Below are positions 52,401-64,000 of a stretch of DNA of 64,000 nt, piece by piece. The position numbers and the translations under genes were made by a program. The first letter of the stretch is position 1. Each line of letters starts with the position of its first letter. The notes under the pieces were generated by a model. The model saw only the letters and a program-made list of their open reading frames with translations, was not told the origin of the DNA and made no database searches. Origin of the DNA: Auanema rhodensis (lineage: Eukaryota; Animalia; Nematoda); NCBI GenBank assembly GCA_964057225.1, contig OZ059896.1:21390001-21454000 (forward strand), written 5' to 3'.

Positions 52401-55400
52401 AATACAAAAATTAGTTATGATCGTTTGAAAAATGATGCCTTAGTGTATGTTGAGTTTCCATGTACACTCAACATTGCTTCCAAAAACATTTTGACAAAAA
52501 TTTTTTCGAAAAATTTCAAAATAATTTAGCAAAAAGTAGATGTTTTTAGATTCCTTTTTTTAAGGCAAAGACGATGGACAATGTTATTCAACGAAAAAAT
52601 TAATTCTTCAGGGTGAAAATCGAGGATATAAGTGTGAACTTATATCAGATGATATTTCGATGCATTTTTAAGCTAGCGCAAATCTGATAACACAGATCGA
52701 CGCAGCTTAAAAATCCGCATCGAATGCACTATACCACATTGAGAAACGCTTAATACAAAAATTAGTTATGATCGTTTGAAAATTGATGCATTAGTGTATG
52801 TTGAGTTTCCATGTACACTCAACATTGCTTCCAAAAACATTTTGACAAAAACTTTTTCGAAAAATTTCAAAATAATTTAGCAAAAAGTAGATGTTTTTAG
52901 ATTCCTTTTTTTAAGGCAAAGACGATGGACAATGTTATTCAACGAAAAAATTAATTCTTCAGGGTGAAAATCGAGGATATAAGTGTGAACTTATATCAGT
53001 TGATATCTCGGTGCATTTTTAAGCTAGCGCAAATCTGATAACACAGATCGACGCAGCTTAAAAATCCGCATCGAATGCACTTTACTACTTTGAGAAACGC
53101 TTAATACAAAAGTTAGTTATGATCGTTTGAAAAATGATGCCTTAGTGTATGTTGAGTTTCCATGTACACTCAACATTGCTTCCAAAAACATTTTGACAAA
53201 AATTTTTTCGAAAAATTTCAAAATAATTTAGCAAAAAGTAGATGTTTTTAGATTCCTTTTTTTAAGGCAAAGACGATGGACAATGTTATTCAACGAAAAA
53301 ATTAATTCTTCAGGGTGAAAATCGAGGATATAAGTGTGAACTTATATCAGTTGATATCTCGGTGCATTTTTAAGCTAGCGCAAATCTGATAACACAGATC
53401 GACGCAGCTTAAAAATCCGCATCGAATGCACTATACTACATTGAGAAACGCTTAATACAAAAAATAGTTATGATCGTTTGAAAAATGATGCATTAGTGTA
53501 TGTTGAGTTTCCATGTACACTCAACATTGCTTCCAAAAACATTTTGACAAAAATTTTTTCGAAAATTTTCAAAATAATTTAGCAAAAAGTAGATGTTTTT
53601 AGATTCCTTTTTTCAAGGCAAAGACGATGAACAATGTTATTCAACGAAAAAATCAATTCTTCAGGGTGAAAATCGAGGATATAAGTGTGAACTTATATCA
53701 GTTGATATCTCGGTGCATTTTTAAGCTAGCGCAAATCTGATAACACAGATCGACGCAGCTTGAAAATCCGCATCGAATGTACTATACTACATTGAGAAAC
53801 GCTTAATACAAAAATTAGTTATGATCGTTTGAAAAATGATGCCTTAGTGTATGTTGAGTTTCCATGTACACTCAACATTGCTTCCAAAAACATTTTGACA
53901 AAAATTTTTTCGAAAAATTTCAAAATAATTTAGCAAAAAGTAGATGTTTTTAGATTCCTTTTTTCAAGGCAAAGACGATGGACAATGTTATTCAACGAAA
54001 AAATTAATTCTTCAGGGTGAAAATCGAGGATATAAGTGTGAACTTATATCAGTTGATATCTCGGTGCATTTTTAAGCTAGCGCAAATCTGATAACACAGA
54101 TCGACGCAGCTTAAAAATCCGCATCGAATGCACTTTACTACTTTGAGAAACGCTTAATACAAAAGTTAGTTATGATCGTTTGAAAATTGATGCATTAGTG
54201 TATGTTGAGTTTCCATGTACACTCAACATTGCTTCCAAAAACATTTTGACAAAAATTTTTTCGAAAAATTTCAAAATAATTTAGCAAAAAGTAGATGTTT
54301 TTAGATTCCTTTTTTCAAGGCAAAGACGATGAACAATGTTATTCAACGAAAAAATCAATTCTTCAGGGTGAAAATCGAGGATATAAGTGTGCACTTATAT
54401 CAGTTGATATCTCGGTGCATTTTTAAGCTAGCGCAAATCTGATAACACAGATCGACGCAGCTTAAAAATCCGCATCGAATGCACTATACTACATTGAGAA
54501 ACGCTCAATACAAAAATTAGTTATGATCGTTTGAAAAATGATGCCTTAGTGTATGTTGAGTTTCCATGTACACTCAACATTGCTTCCAAAAACATTTTGA
54601 CAAAAATTTTTTCGAAAAATTTCAAAATAATTTAGCAAAAAGTAGATGTTTTTAGATTCCTTTTTTCAAGGCAAAGACGATGGACAATGTTATTCAACGA
54701 AAAAATTAATTCTTCAGGGTGAAAATCGAGGATATAAGTGTGAACTTATATCAGTTGATATCTCGGTGCATTTTTAAGCTAGCGCAAATCTGATAACACA
54801 GATCGACGCAGCTTAAAAATCCGCATCGAATGCACTTTACTACTTTGAGAAACGCTTAATACAAAAGTTAGTTATGATCGTTTGAAAATTGATGCATTAG
54901 TGTATGTTGAGTTTCCATGTACACTCAACATTGCTTCCAAAAACATTTTGACAAAAATTTTTTCGAAAAATTTCAAAATAATTTAGCAAAAAGTAGATGT
55001 TTTTAGATTCCTTTTTTCAAGGCAAAGACGATGGACAATGTTATTCAACAAAAAAATTAATTCTTCAGGGTGAAAATCGAGGATATAAGTGTGCACTTAT
55101 ATCAGTTGATATCTCGGTGCATTTTTAAGCTAGCGCAAATCTGATAACACAGATCGACGCAGCTTAAAAATCCGCATCGAATGCACTATACTACATTGAG
55201 AAACGCTCAATACAAAAATTAGTTATGATCGTTTGAAAAATGATGCCTTAGTGTATGTTGAGTTTCCATGTACACTCAACATTGCTTCCAAAAACATTTT
55301 GACAAAAACTTTTTCGAAAAATTTCAAAATAATTTAGCAAAAAGTAGATGTTTTTAGATTCCTTTTTTCAAGGCAAAGACGATGGACAATGTTATTCAAC

Positions 55401-58400
55401 GAAAAAATTAATTCTTCAGGGTGAAAATCGAGGATATAAGTGTGAACTTATATCAGTTGATATCTCGGTGCATTTTTAAGCTAGCGCAAATCTCATAACA
55501 CAGATCGACGCAGCTTGAAAATCCGCATCGAATGCACTATACTACATTGAGAAACGCTTAATACAAAAATTAGTTATGATCGTTTGAAAAATGATGCCTT
55601 AGTGTATGTTGAGTTTCCATGTACACTCAACATTGCTTCCAAAAACATTTTGACAAAATTTTTTTGAAACATTTCAAAATAATTTAGCAAAAAGTAGATG
55701 TTTTTAGATTCCTTTTTTCAAGGCAAAGACGATGGACAATGTTATTCAACGAAAAAATTAATTCTTCAGGGTGAAAATCGAGGATATAAGTGTGAACTTA
55801 TATCAGTTGATATCTCGGTGCATTTTTAAGCTAGCGCAAATCTGATAACACAGATCGACGCAGCTTAAAAATCCGCATCGAATGCACTTTACTACTTTGA
55901 GAAACGCTTAATACAAAAGTTAGTTATGATCGTTTGAAAAATGATGCCTTAGTGTATGTTGAGTTTCCATGTACACTCAACATTGCTTCCAAAAACATTT
56001 TGACAAAAATTTTTTCGAAAAATTTCAAAATAATTTAGCAAAAAGTAGATGTTTTTAGATTCCTTTTTTTAAGGCAAAGACGATGGACAATGTTATTCAA
56101 CGAAAAAATTAATTCTTCAGGGTGAAAATCGAGGATATAAGTGTGAACTTATATCAGTTGATATCTCGGTGCATTTTTAAGCTAGCGCAAATCTGATAAC
56201 ACAGATCGACGCAGCTTAAAAATCCGCATCGAATGCACTATACCACATTGAGAAACGCTTAATACAAAAATTAGTTATGATCGTTTGAAAAATGATGCAT
56301 TAGTGTATGTTGAGTTTCCATGTACACTCAACATTGCTTCCAAAAACATTTTGACAAAAAGTTTTTCGAAAAATTTCAAAATAATTTAGCAAAAAGTAGA
56401 TGTTTTTAGATTCCTTTTTTCAAGGCAAAGACGATGGACAATGTTATTCAACAAAAAAATTTATTCTTCAGGGTGAAAATCGAGGATATAAGTGTGCACT
56501 TATATCAGTTGATATCTCGGTGCATTTTTAAGCTAGCGCAAATCTGATAACACAGATCGACGCAGCTTGAAAATCCGCATCGAATGTACTATACTACATT
56601 AAGAAACGCTTAATACAAAAATTAGTTATGATCGTTTGAAAAATGATGCCTTAGTGTATGTTGAGTTTCCATGTACACTCAACATTGCTTCCAAAAACAT
56701 TTTGACAAAAATTTTTTCGAAAAATTTCAAAATAATTTAGCAAAAAGTAGATGTTTTTAGATTCCTTTTTTTAAGGCAAAGACGATGGACAATGTTATTC
56801 AACGAAAAAATTAATTCTTCAGGGTGAAAATCGAGGATATAAGTGTGAACTTATATCAGTTGATATCTCGGTGCATTTTTAAGCTAGCGCAAATCTGATA
56901 ACACAGATCGACGCAGCTTAAAAATCCGCATCGAATGCACTATACCACATTGAGAAACGCTTAATACAAAAATTAGTTATGATCGTTTGAAAAATGATGC
57001 ATTAGTGTATGTTGAGTTTCCATGTACACTCAACATTGCTTCCAAAAACATTTTGACAAAAATTTTTTCGAAAAATTTCAAAATAATTTAGCAAAAAGTA
57101 GATGTTTTTAGATTCCTTTTTTCAAGGCAAAGACGATGGACAATGTTATTCAACAAAAAAATTAATTCTTCAGGGTGAAAATCGAGGATATAAGTGTGCA
57201 CTTATATCAGTTGATATCTCGGTGCATTTTTAAGCTAGCGCAAATCTGATAACACAGATCGACGCAGCTTAAAAATCCGCATCGAATGCACTATACTACA
57301 TTGAGAAACGCTTAATACAAAAATTAGTTATGATCGTTTGAAAAATGATGCCTTAGTGTATTTTGAGTTTCCATGTACACTCAACATTGCTTCCAAAAAC
57401 ATTTTGACAAAAATTTTTTCGAAAAATTTCAAAATAATTTAGCAAAAAGTAGATGTTTTTAGATTCCTTTTTTCAAGGCAAAGACGATGGACAATGTTAT
57501 TCAACAAAAAAATTTATTCTTCAGGGTGAAAATCGAGGATATAAGTGTGCACTTATATCAGTTGATATCTCGGTGCATTTTTAAGCTAGCGCAAATCTGA
57601 TAACACAGATCGACGCAGCTTGAAAATCCGCATCGAATGTACTATACTACATTGAGAAACGCTTAATACAAAAATTAGTTATGATCGTTTGAAAAATGAT
57701 GCCTTAGTGTATGTTGAGTTTCCATGTACACTCAACATTGCTTCCAAAAACATTTTGACAAAAATTTTTTCGAAAAATTTCAAAATAATTTAGCAAAAAG
57801 TAGATGTTTTTAGATTTCTTTTTTTAAGGCAAAGACGATGGACAATGTTATTCAACGAAAAAATTAATTCTTCAGGGTGAAAATCGAGGATATAAGTGTG
57901 AACTTATAGCAGTTGATATCTCGGTGCATTTTTAAGCTTGCGCAAATCTGATAGCACAGATCGACGCAGCTTAAAAATCCGCATCGAATGCACTATACTA
58001 CATTGAGAAACGCTTAATACAAAAAATAGTTATGATCGTTTGAAAAATGATGCATTAGTGTATGTTGAGTTTCCATGTACACTCAACATTGCTTCCAAAA
58101 ACATTTTGACAAAAATTTTTTCGAAAAATTTCAAAATAATTTAGCAAAAAGTAGATGTTTTTAGATTCCTTTTTTTAAGGCAAAGACGATGGACGATGTT
58201 ATTCAACGAAAAAATTAATTCTTCAGGGTGAAAATCGAGGATATAAGTGTGAACTTATATCAGTTGATATCTCGGTGCATTTTTAAGCTAGCGCAAATCT
58301 GATAACACAGATCGACGCAGCTTAAAAATCCGCATCGAATGCACTATACTACATTGAGAAACGCTTAATACAAAAATTAGTTATGATCGTTTGAAAAATG

Positions 58401-61400
58401 ATGCCTTAGTGTATTTTGAGTTTCCATGTACACTCAACATTGCTTCCAAAAACAATTTGACAAAAATTTTTTCGAAAAATTTCAAAATAATTTAGCAAAA
58501 AGTAGATGTTTTTAGATTCCTTTTTTCAAGGCAAAGACGATGGACAATGTTATTCAACAAAAAAATTTATTCTTCAGGGTGAAAATCGAGGATATAAGTG
58601 TGCACTTATATCAGTTGATATCTCGGTGCATTTTTAAGCTAGCGCAAATCTGATAACACAGATCGACGCAGCTTGAAAATCCGCATCGAATGTACTATAC
58701 TACATTGAGAAACGCTTAATACAAAAATTAGTTATGATCGTTTGAAAAATGATGCCTTAGTGTATGTTGAGTTTCCATGTACACTCAACATTGCTTCCAA
58801 AAACATTTTGACAAAAATTTTTTCGAAAAATTTCAAAATAATTTAGCAAAAAGTAGATGTTTTTAGATTCCTTTTTTTAAGGCAAAGACGATGGACAATG
58901 TTATTCAACGAAAAAATTAATTCTTCAGGGTGAAAATCGAGGATATAAGTGTGAACTTATAGCAGTTGATATCTCGGTGCATTTTTAAGCTTGCGCAAAT
59001 CTGATAACACAGATCGACGCAGCTTAAAAATCCGCATCGAATGCACTATACTACATTGAGAAACGCTTAATACAAAAAATAGTTATGATCGTTTGAAAAA
59101 TGATGCATTAGTGTATGTTGAGTTTCCATGTACACTCAACATTGCTTCCAAAAACATTTTGACAAAAATTTTTTCGAAAAATTTCAAAATAATTTAGCAA
59201 AAAGTAGATGTTTTTAGATTCCTTTTTTTAAGGCAAAGACGATGGACGATGTTATTCAACGAAAAAATTAATTCTTCAGGGTGAAAATCGAGGATATAAG
59301 TGTGAACTTATATCAGTTGATATCTCGGTGCATTTTTAAGCTAGCGCAAATCTGATAACACAGATCGACGCAGCTTAAAAATCCGCATCGAATGCACTAT
59401 ACTACTTTGAGAAACGCTTAATACAAAAATTAGTTATGATCGTTTGAAAAATGATGCATTAGTGTATGTTGAGTTTTCATGTACACTCAACATTGCTTCC
59501 AAAAACATTTTGACAAAAATTTTTTCGAAAAATTTCAAAATAATTTAGCAAAAAGTAGATGTTTTTAGATTCCTTTTTTCAAGGCAAAGACGATGGACAA
59601 TGTTATTCAACGAAAAAATTAATTCTTCAGGGTGAAAATCGAGGATATAAGTGTGAACTTATATCAGTTGATATCTCGGTGCATTTTTAAGCTAGCGCAA
59701 ATCTGATAACACAGATCGACGCAGCTTAAAAATCCGCATCGAATGCACTATACCACATTGAGAAACGCTTAATACAAAAATTAGTTATGATCGTTTGAAA
59801 AATGATGCATTAGTGTATGTTGAGTTTCCATGTACACTCAACATTGCTTCCAAAAACATTTTGACAAAAATTTTTTCGAAAAATTTCAAAATAATTTAGC
59901 AAAAAGTAGATGTTTTTAGATTCCTTTTTTTAAAGCAAAGACGATGGACGATGTTATTCAACGAAAAAATTTATTCTTCAGGGTGAAAATCGAGGATATA
60001 AGTGTGCACTTATATCAGTTGATATCTCGGTGCATTTTTAAGCTAGCGCAAATCTGATAACACAGATCGACGCAGCTTAAAAATCCGCATCGAATGCACT
60101 ATACTACATTGAGAAACGCTTAATACAAAAAATAGTTATGATCGTTTGAAAAATGATGCATTAGTGTATGTTGAGTTTTCATGTACACTCAACATTGCTT
60201 CCAAAAACATTTTGACAAAAATTTTTTCGAAAAATTTCAAAATAATTTAGCAAAAAGTAGATGTTTTTAGATTCCTTTTTTTAAGGCAAAGACGATGGAC
60301 AATGTTATTCAACGAAAAAATTAATTCTTCAGGGTGAAAATCGAGGATATAAGTGTGAACTTATATCAGTTGATATCTCGGTGCATTTTTAAGCTAGCGC
60401 AAATCTGATAACACAGATCGACGCAGCTTAAAAATCCGCATCGAATGCACTATACCACATTGAGAAACGCTTAATACAAGAATTAGTTATGATCGTTTGA
60501 AAAATGATGCATTAGTGTATGTTGAGTTTCCATGTACACTCAACATTGCTTCCAAAAACATTTTGACAAAAATTTTTTCGAAAAATTTCAAAATAATTTA
60601 GCAAAAAGTAGATGTTTTTAGATTCCTTTTTTTAAGGCAAAGACGATGGACGATGTTATTCAACGAAAAAATTAATTCTTCAGGGTGAAAATCGAGGATA
60701 TATGTGTGCACTTATATCAGTTGATATCTCGGTGCATTTTTAAGCTAGCGCAAATCTGATAACACAGATCGACGCAGCTTAAAAATCCGCATCGAATGCA
60801 CTATACTACATTGAGAAACGCTTAATACAAAAAATAGTTATGATCGTTTGAAAAATGATGCATTAGTGTATGTTGAGTTTCCATGTACACTCAACATTGC
60901 TTCCAAAAACATTTTGACAAAAATTTTTTCGAAAAATTTCAAAATAATTTAGCAAAAAGTAGATGTTTTTAGATTCCTTTTTTCAAGGCAAAGACGATGA
61001 ACAATGTTATTCAACGAAAAAATCAATTCTTCAGGGTGAAAATCGAGGATATATGTGTGCACTTATATCAGTTGATATCTCGGTGCATTTTTAAGCTAGC
61101 GCAAATCTGATAACACAGATCGACGCAGCTTAAAAATCCGCATCGAATGCACTATACTACATTGAGAAACGCTTAATACAAGAATTAGTTATGATCGTTT
61201 GAAAAATGATGCATTAGTGTATGTTGAGTTTCCATGTACACTCAACATTGCTTCCAAAAACATTTTGACAAAAATTTTTTCGAAAAATTTCAAAATAATT
61301 TAGCAAAAAGTAGATGTTTTTAGATTCCTTTTTTTAAGGCAAAGACGATGGACGATGTTATTCAACGAAAAAATTAATTCTTCAGGGTGAAAATCGAGGA

Positions 61401-64000
61401 TATATGTGTGCACTTATATCAGTTGATATCTCGGTGCATTTTTAAGCTAGCGCAAATCTGATAACACAGATCGACGCAGCTTAAAAATCCGCATCGAATG
61501 CACTATACTACATTGAGAAACGCTTAATACAAAAAATAGTTATGATCGTTTGAAAAATGATGCATTAGTGTATGTTGAGTTTCCATGTACACTCAACATT
61601 GCTTCCAAAAACATTTTGACAAAAATTTTTTCGAAAAATTTCAAAATAATTTAGCAAAAAGTAGATGTTTTTAGATTCCTTTTTTCAAGGCAAAGACGAT
61701 GAACAATGTTATTCAACGAAAAAATCAATTCTTCAGGGTGAAAATCGAGGATATAAGTGTGAACTTATATCAGTTGATATCTCGGTGCATTTTTAAGCTA
61801 GCGCTAATCTGATAACACAGATCGACGCAGCTTGAAAATCCGCATCGAATGTACTATACTACATTGAGAAACGCTTAATACAAAAATTAGTTATGATCGT
61901 TTGAAAAATGATGCCTTAGTGTATGTTGAGTTTCCATGTACACTCAACATTGCTTCCAAAAACATTTTGACAAAAATTTTTTCGAAAAATTTCAAAATAA
62001 TTTAGCAAAAAGTAGATGTTTTTAGATTCCTTTTTTCAAGGCAAAGACGATGGACAATGTTATTCAACGAAAAAATTAATTCTTCAGGGTGAAAATCGAG
62101 GATATAAGTGTGAACTTATATCAGTTGATATCTCGGTGCATTTTTAAGCTAGCGCAAATCTGATAACACAGATCGACGCAGCTTAAAAATCCGCATCGAA
62201 TGCACTATACCACATTGAGAAACGCTTAATACAAAAATTAGTTATGATCGTTTGAAAAATGATGCATTAGTGTATGTTGAGTTTCCATGTACACTCAACA
62301 TTGCTTCCAAAAACATTTTGACAAAAATTTTTTCGAAAAATTTCAAAATAATTTAGCAAAAAGTAGATGTTTTTAGATTCCTTTTTTTAAAGCAAAGACG
62401 ATGGACGATGTTATTCAACGAAAAAATTTATTCTTCAGGGTGAAAATCGAGGATATAAGTGTGCACTTATATCAGTTGATATCTCGGTGCATTTTTAAGC
62501 TAGCGCAAATCTGATAACACAGATCGACGCAGCTTAAAAATCCGCATCGAATGCACTATACCACATTGAGAAACGCTTAATACAAAAATTAGTTATGATC
62601 GTTTGAAAAATGATGCATTAGTGTATGTTGAGTTTCCATGTACACTCAACATTGCTTCCAAAAACATTTTGACAAAAATTTTTTCGAAAAATTTCAAAAT
62701 AATTTAGCAAAAAGTAGATGTTTTTAGATTCCTTTTTTTAAGGCAAAGACGATGGACAATGTTATTCAACGAAAAAATTAATTCTTCAGGGTGAAAATCG
62801 AGGATATAAGTGTGAACTTATATCAGTTGATATCTCGGTGCATTTTTAAGCTAGCGCAAATCTGATAACACAGATCGACGCAGCTTAAAAATCCGCATCG
62901 AATGCACTATACTACTTTGAGAAACGCTTAATACAAAAATTAGTTATGATCGTTTGAAAAATGATGCATTAGTGTATGTTGAGTTTTCATGTACACTCAA
63001 CATTGCTTCCAAAAACATTTTGACAAAAATTTTTTCGAAAAATTTCAAAATAATTTAGCAAAAAGTAGATGTTTTTAGATTCCTTTTTTTAAGGCAAAGA
63101 CGATGGACAATGTTATTCAACAAAAAAATTAATTCTTCAGGGTGAAAATCGAGGATATAAGTGTGAACTTATATCAGTTGATATCTCGGTGCATTTTTAA
63201 GCTAGCGCAAATCTGATAACACAGATCGACGCAGCTTAAAAATCCGCATCGAATGCACTATACCACATTGAGAAACGCTTAATACAAAAATTAGTTATGA
63301 TCGTTTGAAAAATGATGCATTAGTGTATGTTGAGTTTCCATGTACACTCAACATTGCTTCCAAAAACATTTTGACAAAAATTTTTTCGAAAAATTTCAAA
63401 ATAATTTAGCAAAAAGTAGATGTTTTTAGATTCCTTTTTTTAAGGCAAAGACGATGGACAATGTTATTCAACGAAAAAATTAATTCTTCAGGGTGAAAAT
63501 CGAGGATATAAGTGTGAACTTATATCAGTTGATATCTCGGTGCATTTTTAAGCTAGCGCAAATCTGATAACACAGATCGACGCAGCTTAAAAATCCGCAT
63601 CGAATGCACTATACTACTTTGAGAAACGCTTAGTACAAAAATTAGTTATGATCGTTTGAAAAATGATGCATTAGTGTATGTTGAGTTTTCATGTACACTC
63701 AACATTGCTTCCAAAAACATTTTGACAAAAATTTTTTCGAAAAATTTCAAAATAATTTAGCAAAAAGTAGATGTTTTTAGATTCCTTTTTTTAAGGCAAA
63801 GACGATGGACAATGTTATTCAACGAAAAAATTAATTCTTCAGGGTGAAAATCGAGGATATAAGTGTGAACTTATATCAGTTGATATCTCGGTGCATTTTT
63901 AAGCTAGCGCAAATCTGATAACACAGATCGACGCAGCTTAAAAATCCGCATCGAATGCACTATACCACATTGAGAAACGCTTAATACAAAAATTAGTTAT

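Larger units (their letters stand above)
1..64000. repeat. Tandem satellite DNA array, 351-bp AT-rich monomer, about 182.3 copies, head-to-tail, extending beyond both window ends
   Basis: AAATCTGATAACACAGATCG recurs at 1, 352, 703 and onward, and is in exact phase at 7021, 14041 and 21061 (multiples of 20x351). The last copy is at 63911 (182x351+28+1). Monomers differ only by a handful of substitutions, with no unique sequence between them. Confidence 0.99.

Noticed and set aside
1-64000. CRISPR array or repeat-spacer system built on the palindromic motifs
   Set aside because: There are no unique spacers; the entire 351 bp is repeated. There are no cas or other genes.
1-64000. Hidden inversion or transposon insertion within the array
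   Set aside because: Phase is accounted for exactly by six small indels, and I saw no reverse-orientation monomer or foreign sequence.

Overview
The whole 64-kb window is one uninterrupted head-to-tail tandem array of an AT-rich 351-bp satellite monomer (monomer 1 has 111/351 G+C, about 32%). It holds 182 complete monomers plus 90 bp, all in one orientation. The final monomer starts at 63911, which is 182x351+28+1. The +28 is explained exactly by three indels that each occur twice (+1, +14, -1). I see no genes, RNA genes, CRISPR spacers, transposon insertions or inversions; the five ORF calls are variant monomers with stop codons removed. The notable structure is of four kinds. (1) The monomer is almost fully tiled with dyad symmetries and hairpins. 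(2) Many point variants perfect those quasi-palindromes. (3) Diagnostic variants reveal nested, shifting higher-order duplications with offsets of 2, 3, 4, 5, 6, 7, 9, 11, 12/13, 14 and 20 monomers. (4) The last ~7 kb repeats the monomer-variant order of the first ~8 kb, suggesting a ~56-58 kb macro-repeat. This looks like eukaryotic (peri)centromeric or heterochromatic satellite DNA. I cannot assign the species or family from sequence alone, and I found no convincing evidence of a novel coding system.
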